From NCBI GenBank assembly GCA_964387275.1, contig CAYLVW010000001.1, positions 291,508 to 355,507 of the forward strand: 64,000 bases of DNA, written 5' to 3'. A model generated the notes under the pieces. It made no database searches. It had not been told where the DNA came from and saw nothing but the letters and a program-made list of their open reading frames with translations. The first letter of the stretch is position 1, and each line of letters begins with the position of its first letter. Positions 40,371 to 50,091 of this stretch are shown one piece after another. Made by a program: the position numbers and the translations under genes. This stretch comes from an uncultured Candidatus Saccharibacteria bacterium (GTDB taxonomy: Bacteria > Patescibacteriota > WWE3 > UBA101185 > UBA10185).

Positions 40371-40724
40371 TTACTTAAAAACAATCCAAATAGTGTCTCC
40401 TACTTTGATACTTTTATACAAATCACTAGTGGTAGCAAAATTAACTTTTTCAATCTTATTACCACTGTATTGGTATAAAACTTCAAAGCACATAGCGCTA
40501 AAATCATCCTGTGTCCTAGTTACGTCTGCGCAGTTTGAAGCTAAATACTTATCAAAAACTCTAGCAGGAAAAGCTCCAAAGGTATCAGCAGATACAATTT
40601 CCACCTGTTGGTATAAAGGATTATTAAAAGAAAGCATAATCATAATGCTAAAAAATCCTACAAGTGTTAAGAGAAGAACTTCAGGGAAACTAGCTTTAAT
40701 TCTAGCAAAGACTGCATGTATCAT
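40371..40724 (-). CDS. Hypothetical small membrane-anchored protein (117 aa).
   Basis: N-terminal TM only. Confidence 0.3.
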   Translation of the reverse strand: MIHAVFARIKASFPEVLLLTLVGFFSIMIMLSFNNPLYQQVEIVSADTFGAFPARVFDKYLASNCADVTRTQDDFSAMCFEVLYQYSGNKIEKVNFATTSDLYKSIKVGDTIWIVFK

Positions 40725-40790
40725 GGGTTCTCTCCTGAGGGGTATTATAACACGAGGTAGAAAAAACGACGTCTGAAAGAAGCCGAATTC

Positions 40791-41708
40791 TTATCCTTTA
40801 TAAGCTAACTCAAGCTCTGCTAGGTTATACTTTTTCATTTTAAGAAAAGCTTGAGTTACCCTATCTTTTTGGTCCTGAGTCCCGTTTTGCATGAATTCAC
40901 CCAACTTAGTAGGCCATACTTGCCACGACACACCAAATTTATCTCGCAACCAACCACATTGCTCCGCAGAAGAATCATGGGATAACTTAGACCAGTAGTG
41001 GTCTATCTCTTCCTGTGTGTCACAGGGAATTAGAAGTGAGATACCTTCGCTAAACTTAAATTTATGGTCTTGGGCACTATCCATAGCAACTATCCATGTA
41101 CCATTAATATGAAATTCTGAATACATTAGTGTACCAGGTTTATCAGGACCCATACCTTCTGGGTACCTAACGATACTGCCTATCTTAGAGCCTGTACCAA
41201 AAACAGTTACATAGTAGTTAATAGCCTCTTCAGCTTTTCCTGCAAATTCTTTTGTGAATAATAAAGAGGGAATGATATTTGGCCGTAACTCTCCATTTGG
41301 ATTAGTTAAAATTAGCTGCCATGATACACCAAATTTGTCTTCTACCCAACCATACAGCTCACTAAATGGATATTGGCCTAGATCCATTAATACCTTCCCT
41401 CCATCACTTAAATAAGCCCACGTTTTTTTAAGATTAGCTAAAGCATTTAAATCTTGGGATGGATCAAAATTGATGAAAAAAGAGATTGACGGATTTTTTG
41501 TGAATATAGGGCCAGCGTTAATTGCTATAAAGGGTTGTCCAGAGATCTCAAAATTTATTATATTGGTTTCACCAGAAGGTGTAGGCACATCATCAAGATC
41601 AGATACATTTAGTATCTTAAAGTCAGGGAAAATTTTCGAATAGAAATTTACTGCTGTCTTAGCATCTGAATCAAACCACAAATGTGGTGTTATTTTATGT
41701 ATCAACAT
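40791..41708 (-). CDS. Tandem VOC-superfamily protein (two PhnB / 3-demethylubiquinone-9 methyltransferase-like glyoxalase-fold domains).
   Basis: Internal duplication: ...LYGWVEDKFGVSWQLI and ...QCGWLRDKFGVSWQVW, each after an HLWF/INGTW-type core. Confidence 0.65.
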   Translation of the reverse strand: MLIHKITPHLWFDSDAKTAVNFYSKIFPDFKILNVSDLDDVPTPSGETNIINFEISGQPFIAINAGPIFTKNPSISFFINFDPSQDLNALANLKKTWAYLSDGGKVLMDLGQYPFSELYGWVEDKFGVSWQLILTNPNGELRPNIIPSLLFTKEFAGKAEEAINYYVTVFGTGSKIGSIVRYPEGMGPDKPGTLMYSEFHINGTWIVAMDSAQDHKFKFSEGISLLIPCDTQEEIDHYWSKLSHDSSAEQCGWLRDKFGVSWQVWPTKLGEFMQNGTQDQKDRVTQAFLKMKKYNLAELELAYKG

Positions 41709-41763
41709 AACTAAATATTAAAGCAACATGTAGAATTGTAAATGATTATCTTTAAACCTATAG

Positions 41764-42297
41764 TTGGTGTTTTTAGGTATTTATAATATAATCACACATC
41801 AGGAGACAAAAATAATGGAAAACGCATTGTCTATAGCAATGTACACCCTTTTCGTACTTTCTATTATAACCTTGTTTGTTTCAGCTTTTGTACTTGCAAA
41901 AAAACTGATTTCTACTGAGCTAAGAGTTTTGCCTAAAGGTTATGTAGCATTAAGAATTAAGGGATCGCCAAGAAGTTGGTATGTCAATAAAGATACTAAA
42001 CTTAAAATTAACTTAGATATTGCTAAAGCAGAAGCAGACAAAGACTGGTATGCACTAATAGAAAGACTATTTGCAACAAATCCAACTGCATTCTATTTTT
42101 CATACGATGTTAATGAAGTTGGCAAGGTAGCTAATAACGGTGCCGTTAGAGTGATTAATGAGGCAGGGCTCAATATGGGTCTTCGGGGTGAGAATTTTCA
42201 AGTTCCCCTTACGCATGTAAATGTAAAAGCGACTGGATCATTAGCTAACATTTTAGCCACCGAAATACTAAAATATCTCGGTGGCTTTTTTCAATAG
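41764..42297 (+). CDS. Hypothetical membrane-anchored protein; the real start is probably at the Met at about 41815.
   Basis: TM at residues 25-45 of the listed ORF. Confidence 0.35.
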   Translation: MVFLGIYNIITHQETKIMENALSIAMYTLFVLSIITLFVSAFVLAKKLISTELRVLPKGYVALRIKGSPRSWYVNKDTKLKINLDIAKAEADKDWYALIERLFATNPTAFYFSYDVNEVGKVANNGAVRVINEAGLNMGLRGENFQVPLTHVNVKATGSLANILATEILKYLGGFFQ

Positions 42298-42315
42298 GAT
42301 ATATAAAATAACTAT

Positions 42316-42921
42316 ATGAAACATAAAACTCTTTTACTAATCTCCCTATTTCTTGTAATTACGACTATTTATTATTTGAAATATAGCAAACAGCCTCATT
42401 TTGATAATCCGATTTCCTCGGACAATAAGTCAAAACCAGTAACTTGCATTAATAAAACGTACGGATTCAAGTTTGATTTATCGGAAAATAAAACCGATAA
42501 AAACTGCCCTAATAATGACAATACTATTACTGCTGATAACAAAGTTTATGAAATTATTTCTGTAACCACTGAGGATACCAAAGACCTTAAGTTGTGGTGG
42601 AATAAAGAAGTTAAAGTTGAAAATGATGACAATTTCAAACTTCATACTGACATAAACGATTATGAACTAGTATCGGGAGATAATATTGCAGCAACAAGTA
42701 ACTTCTCAGTGCTAAATTCACCATTAGACGTTCTAACAGTTTCAATTAAGATAGATAAAATCATTATTCCTGAAGAAGTAGGAATTCCTTATCTGGTTCA
42801 GTACTACGCATACGACTTTGGAAAACCTTTTGTTATAAAACGAAGTGGTATTGCAGATGGTGCAGGCCCTAATACTGACTACTTGGATACTTTCTCTACA
42901 CTTAGACCCATTGATAAATAG
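42316..42921 (+). CDS. Hypothetical secreted protein (201 aa).
   Basis: N-terminal TM/signal; a bidirectional terminator hairpin at 42932-42968 follows. Confidence 0.35.
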   Translation: MKHKTLLLISLFLVITTIYYLKYSKQPHFDNPISSDNKSKPVTCINKTYGFKFDLSENKTDKNCPNNDNTITADNKVYEIISVTTEDTKDLKLWWNKEVKVENDDNFKLHTDINDYELVSGDNIAATSNFSVLNSPLDVLTVSIKIDKIIIPEEVGIPYLVQYYAYDFGKPFVIKRSGIADGAGPNTDYLDTFSTLRPIDK

Positions 42922-42983
42922 ATATAAAAAAGGCAGCTGTGAAATTTTGTTAGAATCTCAAAGCTGCCCAGATCTCTTATAGT

Positions 42984-43688
42984 CTATTTATAACTCAAAG
43001 TGTAATTGTAGCCGGGCTGAAGCACCGAAGACAGTTCATCACCGCCATAAAATGCTAGTACCTCAGACACCCACTCCCTATATTCGGGTAGAAAACTCCC
43101 GTCAGCCGAGAAACTAATAGTACTTTCAGTAATATAAAGAGTAAGCCCTTGCTTCCTACAAAGGACACCTTCTTCAAAGTGGAAGCAGTAAGAAGGCTTA
43201 ACCCTAAGATGGAAAATAGTACCATCTTCAACAGTAGTGCATCGCTTAAGATTCATTCTACTTTGATATACAGTATCATCATCCTCACTACTTCTCCAGT
43301 GACTCCAGTAGCAACCGCCATTAAGAGCATTGTCAGTTGTTAACGATTCAAAGGTTACTTCGAGATTAAACAAAGTAACATCAGGGTGATAGATAGTGTC
43401 AACAGCAACATATGACCAACCAAAACCCGGTTTAAAACTAACCTCTACCTCTCTATTGAGGGGAAGTGATGTATACCAACCATCAGGAATACTAAGATAC
43501 ACATACTCAAGGGTAATAGTGCCGGTAAAAGGTTTAGCCTTAACCAGGATGGTAGTATCTTGTAACTCCTCGGTCCGGTGAGGTGCACAACCTGAAGTAA
43601 AAATAAATACAACTAACGACAAAAGGTAAGCGAGTCTTGATCTGAACATCCCTTTTCCTTTTTTCCTTTCATTTGTTCGTCCAGACAA
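42984..43688 (-). CDS. Hypothetical lipoprotein (lipobox FTSGC).
   Basis: Signal peptide followed by lipobox Cys; no catalytic motif. Confidence 0.4.
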   Translation of the reverse strand: MSGRTNERKKGKGMFRSRLAYLLSLVVFIFTSGCAPHRTEELQDTTILVKAKPFTGTITLEYVYLSIPDGWYTSLPLNREVEVSFKPGFGWSYVAVDTIYHPDVTLFNLEVTFESLTTDNALNGGCYWSHWRSSEDDDTVYQSRMNLKRCTTVEDGTIFHLRVKPSYCFHFEEGVLCRKQGLTLYITESTISFSADGSFLPEYREWVSEVLAFYGGDELSSVLQPGYNYTLSYK

Positions 43689-43810
43689 ACTGCAGAAAGC
43701 CTAAGCTATATTAACACTAATTGACTAATAAATCAAACTATAGGTTATAGGGCCACTAAAACCTGCAATGTGTAGCCTATAAAGGGCTGATGAGGTAATA
43801 TACTACCCAT

Positions 43811-44674
43811 ATGACATGGTTTGGATTTGCTTTACTATCAATAACTGCTCTTGCCGTTGCTGAACTGGTGCAACAAAAACTGTTAAATGATGATAATGAA
43901 GTCGACCCAAATACCAGTACTGTACTCACTTTTGGAGTTCAAACTCTACTAGCAATTCCAATTATCTTTCTTTTTAATGAACAAAATAGTTTCTTCTCGG
44001 TTTTTGATCACAGAGTTTTTTGGTATGTAATCCTAACTTCAATTACTGCATCTTTTGCAATGTATTTTTACCTCAAAAGTTTTGTGGCAAAAAATATCAG
44101 CTTTTCGACAATGTTCATATCTTTGTCAGTGGTTGTTTCCACACTACTTGGAATATTAATTTTTGGAGAGACAACAGGTCTAATGAAAGTGGTTGGAATC
44201 ACTTTAGTTCTGAGTGCGATAGCTATTCTCAACTTTAAAAATGAACAACTTGAGAAAAACAATTTGTACGGTCTTCTTGCAGGAGTTTTCTTTGGAGTCA
44301 CCTATACATTTGATAAGATGGTTGTTTTAGAAATACACCCTATGGTGTATCTGTTCTGGTCATTCTTATTTGTAATTTTTATAGCATTGGTACAAAACCC
44401 AAGGGGTATAACTAAAGCAATAAAAACACTAAAAGCTCTGGATGTCAGAAATTTACTAGTTTCAGGGGTTGGGTATTTAGTTTATAACTTATGTACTTTT
44501 TTTGCTTACAACGTAGGCGGGGAAGTAGGCAGGGTAGATGCAATAAATAACTCGCAGATCTTTTTAATAATTTTGGCTGAATATTTTATCCTTAATCAAA
44601 AAACCGGTATGACTAGAAAGCTTGTAACAGCAACCATAGCAATTATAGGTGTTTATATATTAGGTAATTATTAA
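43811..44674 (+). CDS. EamA/DMT-superfamily transporter (10 TM).
   Basis: Two 5-TM repeats, each ending in a Gly-rich LxxG.A motif typical of EamA. Confidence 0.5.
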   Translation: MTWFGFALLSITALAVAELVQQKLLNDDNEVDPNTSTVLTFGVQTLLAIPIIFLFNEQNSFFSVFDHRVFWYVILTSITASFAMYFYLKSFVAKNISFSTMFISLSVVVSTLLGILIFGETTGLMKVVGITLVLSAIAILNFKNEQLEKNNLYGLLAGVFFGVTYTFDKMVVLEIHPMVYLFWSFLFVIFIALVQNPRGITKAIKTLKALDVRNLLVSGVGYLVYNLCTFFAYNVGGEVGRVDAINNSQIFLIILAEYFILNQKTGMTRKLVTATIAIIGVYILGNY

Positions 44675-44776
44675 AGTTAAGAAACTACAATAAGTAAGCT
44701 TAACTATTAGTTTTTACATTGCTTAATCTGTTTATAGAATCTATCAGCTGGCACTATTATAGTTTTATATAAAAAC

Positions 44777-44808
44777 CACGCAGTAAATGTTGGAACATCA
44801 ACTGCGTG
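44777..44808. terminator. Bidirectional terminator hairpin CACGCAGT - 17 nt - ACTGCGTG between convergent genes.
   Basis: 8-bp perfect stem followed by AT-rich sequence on both sides. Confidence 0.4.
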
Positions 44809-44821
44809 TATATAAATATAT

Positions 44822-45991
44822 TTATTCACTCAAAAGGTATAGATCTCCTTGTACAACCGGCTCTGATATAACCAATTGGCTAAAATCAACGCTAGAACTA
44901 CCACTACCCAAACTACCAAAGCCTAGAATAAAATCTCCATCAGAGCCTACAGTATGAACAGAGACATCTGTTATGGAAACAAACCTATCTCTCATATAAC
45001 CGATAAAAGCTGGGTGATGTACGTGCTTACCACTAATCCAAGCTTTAAACAAAGTTAGCCTTGATGCAAGATCAAGTACGGTCTCTTGACTCTCAATTGA
45101 AGACCAAGAAAACCTGGCTACTAACTCGCCATCTTTTTGAACTCTAATGGCATTTTGTAATACAGACTCTTCATAGTTACTCTCACCTATAGTAAGTGCT
45201 GGGTCTTCAAAAACAATCTCTTTAAGCACTTGAGATGCTTCATATTCTCTAAATAGAAGCGCTTCTACTTCGTAGTCACGTAATGGGAACTCAACATAGT
45301 TGGCTCCGGAACTAATCTTAAAGTAAGACGTACTACTCTCATTTGGTATTGATATTCCTACTCTCCATAATGCATCTGTAACTGTATTAGTGCTATCAGC
45401 AAGGCTGATCTGATAACGCAAAGTCCAGTCAGTTGGGCAAGTTATGTTGTCTGAAAACGGATCTGGAGACTCAACGTTACCTACATCTTCAAATAAAGTA
45501 GAGGCGTTGTAAGCAAAAGAATCTACCCACAACTTCTCACTAATACCCAAAGCCCTTCTAAGCTTACCATCGACAGATGAAGATACATCTGAAACAAAAC
45601 GTCTTTTTAGTTCCAAAAATTCCTCTAACCAATTAGTTTTTTCGCTATAGTACCCACTGGTATTAAAAGGGACAAAATAAAACTTGCTAACATAGATTTG
45701 ATCTGCATATAAAGCTTCCATTCTAACTAAACAGTTAATTGTTCTAACCCTGCTTAAATCGGCGACGCGCGATACACCATATGTGCCGTCTTTTGGATAG
45801 TTACCTTCTCTAATCTCGTAATAGTGCAGCCTCTCAGGCGTATCACATGAAGCTAATGGAAGAGAAAATAAAATGAACAGTAGTAAAGATAGAATCCTAT
45901 GTAGAGGGTTTCCAGACATTCTCGGTAACTTAATAGTAATTCCTACAATCCTACGTGCTAGATTCGAAAGCGTAGGGAATTTCTTACCCAT
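44822..45991 (-). CDS. Hypothetical lipoprotein (389 aa; lipobox LPLASC).
   Basis: Signal peptide and lipobox; no recognised domain. Confidence 0.4.
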   Translation of the reverse strand: MGKKFPTLSNLARRIVGITIKLPRMSGNPLHRILSLLLFILFSLPLASCDTPERLHYYEIREGNYPKDGTYGVSRVADLSRVRTINCLVRMEALYADQIYVSKFYFVPFNTSGYYSEKTNWLEEFLELKRRFVSDVSSSVDGKLRRALGISEKLWVDSFAYNASTLFEDVGNVESPDPFSDNITCPTDWTLRYQISLADSTNTVTDALWRVGISIPNESSTSYFKISSGANYVEFPLRDYEVEALLFREYEASQVLKEIVFEDPALTIGESNYEESVLQNAIRVQKDGELVARFSWSSIESQETVLDLASRLTLFKAWISGKHVHHPAFIGYMRDRFVSITDVSVHTVGSDGDFILGFGSLGSGSSSVDFSQLVISEPVVQGDLYLLSE

Positions 45992-46322
45992 TCGGCTCTC
46001 CTTTTCTAGGAACAGTTTAGCATAGTGTGAGGTTGTTTGAAATTATACTATTGAGCCGGATTTTTAAATGAGTATATGGTGAAGCATGTCGGTCTGGAAC
46101 CCCACCTTCGAAATTATACTCTCCAGGATGTAAATGGAACAAATGGGACACCTTAAAAAAAGAATGTCCCATTATTCTCTCCAGGTTACTTTTTTCTGCG
46201 GTTATGCTCTATTTCAGTAGTATTTGGATGTTTTTTAACGTAGCTCTTGGTTACAAACTGACCGTTTTTAGAGTTTCTGTTATTTGTTATCGTTTTACTT
46301 GGCATCGTAACTCACCCCCTTA

Positions 46323-46946
46323 TTATTCTCTAATAGGTACTCCCAAACTAGATGCTAAACTATCTTTACGCGCAATTTCATTTTTTCTTGATGAGATATA
46401 TTCGTTGATTTTATTATCCAGCGAGTTATTGTACCCACTTATTTCTCTGTTTAAGTGCCCAAGTTGAGTGATGGCACTAGATTTAAAGTGGTCAAATTCG
46501 CGCTTTATTTGGTCAGCATTTTCCGAAAAGACTTTAATATCAACACAAAGATCACTGTCGCAGATATATACCTCTTCAGTCCACATCAACCGTTGTTGTG
46601 AAGGTATGTACCTAAGAAGATTTGAATCACCTTTAACAGGAATATAATAGGTGACCATATTCTTCTTATAAATACGTCCAGGATGCGTGTAAAAGCTGCT
46701 TCCCAAATCCTCTGACGAAACTTCTACTTCTTTGACTGCTGCTTTGGCAGATTCCATATCAAACTCAGGTTTGTCTATAGTGAATTCTTTTAGGATCTCT
46801 TGTCTTTGCACATCAGACAGTCCGTCCAAAATCTGACTTTGCGGAAGACTATAAATTTTGTTCTTTAGCTCCATCAACTTTTGGTTGAAATATGAATCTA
46901 TTTCTTCCTCATTAAATATATTAAAACTATCATAATTTCTGTACAT
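46323..46946 (-). CDS. Hypothetical soluble protein (207 aa); second gene of the lexA-divergent operon.
   Basis: Abuts the upstream gene with a 1-bp gap. No TM and no recognised domain. Confidence 0.4.
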   Translation of the reverse strand: MYRNYDSFNIFNEEEIDSYFNQKLMELKNKIYSLPQSQILDGLSDVQRQEILKEFTIDKPEFDMESAKAAVKEVEVSSEDLGSSFYTHPGRIYKKNMVTYYIPVKGDSNLLRYIPSQQRLMWTEEVYICDSDLCVDIKVFSENADQIKREFDHFKSSAITQLGHLNREISGYNNSLDNKINEYISSRKNEIARKDSLASSLGVPIRE

Positions 46947-46947
46947 T

Positions 46948-47904
46948 TTAGTTTGTTCCTTCTGTTAATTTTGGTACTATTTCGTTCATTGTGTAATGAA
47001 CAAATTGCTTTCCTAGCTCTGTAAGTACGTACTCCTTTTCGTCGTCGAAAAAGCTTGCGTAAGTGGAGCTTCTTTGTATAACTTTTTTTCTTTGAGGTTT
47101 TACAAAATTACCGGAATAATCGGTTTCCCGATACTGGCGAATAACGTGACCCATGCTTAGGTCCTGTATAACAAGCTTGAATAAATCTGCCTCAGCGGAA
47201 TCCTCACGGACCCTTTGTCCATACATCAGGTCCCATATTCCAGCACGGGTGATACCAGATTTATTAAATATAGTTGATATAATCTTGAAGTGGAGTTCCG
47301 AATAAGCTTCAATCCAGTCGATAAACATGGATATCACGTCATCACTGCAAATACTTGTTGCCGCAGCATTTGACAGTAAATTTCTTACAAGAATCCGTTT
47401 TTCTTCACTCTCTGCTGCCGACCAGTCCCTAAATGCTTTTTTCAAAAGTTTCATATACTCGGGGCTTTCTAGTCTGATTCTGATTTTCTCATCGGTTTGG
47501 TCGACTCGTAGCATTATCTCTACTAAAGTTTTGCCTATTTCTTTAATTTCATCCTCTTGAAGTTTGAGCCAAATGTTAAAAAGTTTATTAAGATTACTTT
47601 GTTCATTTTCGGACCATGTGCTTCCTACAGCACCGATTAAACCTCCCGCATAGGGAATTGCTCCACCTACAGCGGCAAGTGCAAAGCGCGCTATCTTTGG
47701 ACCATTTCCAGCAGATAAAGCTGCATTTATTTCATCTTTCACATCATATTTTTTGTTTTCCTCGGTCGTCATGCCTATAATAATTCCTTCAAATAAAAAA
47801 TAAACCCATTTTCCTTTGGCTAAGGAATATGGGCAGTTACTTGCCACAATTAAATCGCAAAAATTGACCAGTGTCAATAATGTGTTAAAATACAAAGTAG
47901 ACAT
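46948..47904 (-). CDS. Hypothetical protein with an N-terminal Gly-zipper-like amphipathic/hydrophobic segment (AAVGGAIPYAGGLIGAVGS). The true start is probably the Met at about 47772 (MTTEENKKYD). It is divergent from lexA.
   Basis: The listed ORF runs to the lexA start codon. Using the internal Met leaves a ~130-bp shared promoter region containing palindromes. Confidence 0.4.
   Translation of the reverse strand: MSTLYFNTLLTLVNFCDLIVASNCPYSLAKGKWVYFLFEGIIIGMTTEENKKYDVKDEINAALSAGNGPKIARFALAAVGGAIPYAGGLIGAVGSTWSENEQSNLNKLFNIWLKLQEDEIKEIGKTLVEIMLRVDQTDEKIRIRLESPEYMKLLKKAFRDWSAAESEEKRILVRNLLSNAAATSICSDDVISMFIDWIEAYSELHFKIISTIFNKSGITRAGIWDLMYGQRVREDSAEADLFKLVIQDLSMGHVIRQYRETDYSGNFVKPQRKKVIQRSSTYASFFDDEKEYVLTELGKQFVHYTMNEIVPKLTEGTN
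47811..47891. promoter_or_regulatory. lexA/divergent-operon control region. It contains palindromes TTCCTT-N5-AAGGAA (47811-47827), GGCA-N6-TGCC (47832-47845) and TTGAC-cagt-GTCAA (47864-47877). The last overlaps a -35 (TTGACC) with an extended -10 (TGTTAAAAT) at 47883-47891.
   Basis: Inverted repeats and sigma70-like hexamers read directly from the sequence. Which one, if any, is the LexA box is not established. Confidence 0.4.
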
Positions 47905-48567
47905 ATGGCTACAAATGTAAAAACAGACGAAAAATTAAATAAAATTTGGCATTTTATCTCTCAATACCAGCAAGAACACGGTTATTCTCCTAGTTATGCT
48001 GAACTTGCAACTGTTGCAGAAGTAACTTCCAAACGTGGCGTAAGCATTCAGTTGAAAAAATTAGAAGCTAAAAAGCTAATATCCCGCACTAGTAATTCTC
48101 GCAGGGCTATTAAAATTCTGGAAAAACCATCGGGAGAAAATGCCACTGACAGTGTTACAGTAAAAATTCCTATCCTAGGGGAGGTTGTGGCCGGAGTTCC
48201 GAGGTATGCTGAGCAAAATGTCGAAGGATATCTTTCCGTTTCTCTTGCTGAGACCCATGGAACTAAGGATGCATTTTTGCTAAAGATTGACGGAAATAGC
48301 ATGAACAAGCTTGGATATGAAACAGGAGACTTTGCTATAGTAACACCTCAATCCACAGCTGTTAATGGCGATGTTGTAATTGCTTTTGACCCTGAGGAAG
48401 AAACCGCTACCGTAAAAAGATATAAAAGAGCGGATGAGTTTATATTATTAATTCCTGAAAGTTACGACCCAAAATTTAAACCAATAGTTGGCAATAGCTT
48501 TGTTATTCAAGGTAAAGTTGTAGGTAGAATTCCTAAGGAAAATGCTGTTTTTGTAGACGAGGAGTAG
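47905..48567 (+). CDS. lexA: LexA repressor (winged-HTH LexA DNA-binding domain plus S24 autopeptidase).
   Basis: GYSPSYAELA / RAIKIL in the N-terminal domain; VVAGVP, GNSMNKLGYETGDFAIV (Ser) and ATVKRYK (Lys) in the C-terminal domain. Confidence 0.8.
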   Translation: MATNVKTDEKLNKIWHFISQYQQEHGYSPSYAELATVAEVTSKRGVSIQLKKLEAKKLISRTSNSRRAIKILEKPSGENATDSVTVKIPILGEVVAGVPRYAEQNVEGYLSVSLAETHGTKDAFLLKIDGNSMNKLGYETGDFAIVTPQSTAVNGDVVIAFDPEEETATVKRYKRADEFILLIPESYDPKFKPIVGNSFVIQGKVVGRIPKENAVFVDEE

Positions 48568-48816
48568 TGTCTATTCCCACTAGAAATGTCTAAGTTGCAA
48601 AAACAGAGCAGTAGACCTATCATATACTTGTATTGAAAACCAAATAGTTCGCATTTGTGCGATCCGAGCTGTACTCGTTAAAGGACTGTAAATAAGAAAA
48701 GATAACCTTTTCTTTGGCATTACAGTCTTTTTTTGTGCTCGAAATGTCTTTTAAGAGAAGGTTATAACGTAATTGTTTAGCCTTCTTTTTTGGTTTTCAG
48801 AGGCAGAAAGGCTTAG

Positions 48817-50091
48817 ATGAAATTAAGTAATCTTAAAGTCGAGTATGTAGAGGTTAGTAAATTAAAGTATTGCGAATACAACGCAAGAACTTGGACAGAA
48901 AAGGCAACTAAAGACCTTACCGAAAGTATTAAACGTTTCGGAATTATTAGTCCTCTTTTGGTCAATAGTTCTATAGAACGTAAAAACATTGTGCTGGGTG
49001 GGAATTTTCGTCTGAAAATTCTCAATGATTTAGGTGTTAAAGAAACTGCGGTTATTTATTTAGACGTACCTGATATCGAAAAGGAACGTGAGCTAAACCT
49101 CAGACTCAATGCTAACACAGGAGATTTTGACTGGGAAAAACTGAAAAATTTTGATTTAGAACTCTTGCTAGATGTGGGGTTTGACGATTCCGGATTGTCG
49201 AAGATTTGGGACGCAAGTCTCGAAATTGAAGACGATGACATTGATCCCGAAACAGAAGCTGAAAGAGTAACAGAACCAAAAACTAAACTTGGCGATTTAT
49301 ACAAACTAAACGATCACTATTTACTTTGTGGGGATTCCCAAGACATTAATGTAGTTAAAAGGCTTGTAGGTGAAACGAAGATTGATCTTATAACATGCGA
49401 TCCCGTTTATAACATTTCGTACGATTACAATAAAGGATTAGGAAAAAAGAACAAGTATAGTGAAAGCGTTAATGACACCAGAACAACCGAAGAATACAAA
49501 CAATTCCTAAGTAGCACAGTCGCTAACGCACTAAGTGTATCAAAGCAAGATGTCCACGTCTTTTATTGGTGTGATCAAAAATATATCTGGCTAATTCAAA
49601 CACTCTTTTCGGTACATGGCTTGGATAATAAACGCGTATGCTTTTGGGTTAAGGGTCAGCACAATGTAGTCCCACAGGTAGCTTTTAATAAATGTTATGA
49701 GCCTTGTGTTTATGCAGTGCGCGGTACACCGTACTTAGCGGATTCAATCACAAATCTCAATGAAATATTAAATAAAGAAATTGGAACAGGTAATAGAGCT
49801 GTTGATGACATTATAGATATCTTTGATATTTGGTTAGCAAAGCGAGAATCAACCTCAGAGTACCAGCATGCAACCACAAAACCTATTACCCTGATGGAAA
49901 AACCACTGAAACGATGTTCAAAAGTGGGATCTAGCGTTTTGGATTTATTTGGTGGAGGTGGATCAACACTTCTCGCTTGCGAACAGCTTAAGAGAAAAGC
50001 TTTCTTATGCGAATTAAGTCCTGTGTTTTGTGACGTGATAATAAACCGTTGGGAAAGGAGGACAAATGGAAAAGCCGAACTTGTTAAATAA
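48817..50091 (+). CDS. ParB-like nuclease domain fused to a beta-class DNA methyltransferase (PF01555-like). Motif IV reads DPVY rather than DPPY.
   Basis: ParB N-terminus (arginine-finger region GGNFRLKIL); motif IV LITCDPVYNISYDY; AdoMet motif I VLDLFGGGGSTLLAC near the C-terminus. Confidence 0.65.
   Translation: MKLSNLKVEYVEVSKLKYCEYNARTWTEKATKDLTESIKRFGIISPLLVNSSIERKNIVLGGNFRLKILNDLGVKETAVIYLDVPDIEKERELNLRLNANTGDFDWEKLKNFDLELLLDVGFDDSGLSKIWDASLEIEDDDIDPETEAERVTEPKTKLGDLYKLNDHYLLCGDSQDINVVKRLVGETKIDLITCDPVYNISYDYNKGLGKKNKYSESVNDTRTTEEYKQFLSSTVANALSVSKQDVHVFYWCDQKYIWLIQTLFSVHGLDNKRVCFWVKGQHNVVPQVAFNKCYEPCVYAVRGTPYLADSITNLNEILNKEIGTGNRAVDDIIDIFDIWLAKRESTSEYQHATTKPITLMEKPLKRCSKVGSSVLDLFGGGGSTLLACEQLKRKAFLCELSPVFCDVIINRWERRTNGKAELVK

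Noticed and set aside
46204-46467. An 87-aa + strand ORF at the 3' end of the lexA-divergent operon.
   Set aside because: It overlaps the minus-strand gene 46323-46946 and has a low-complexity Leu/Ser/Phe composition, so it is probably a shadow ORF.
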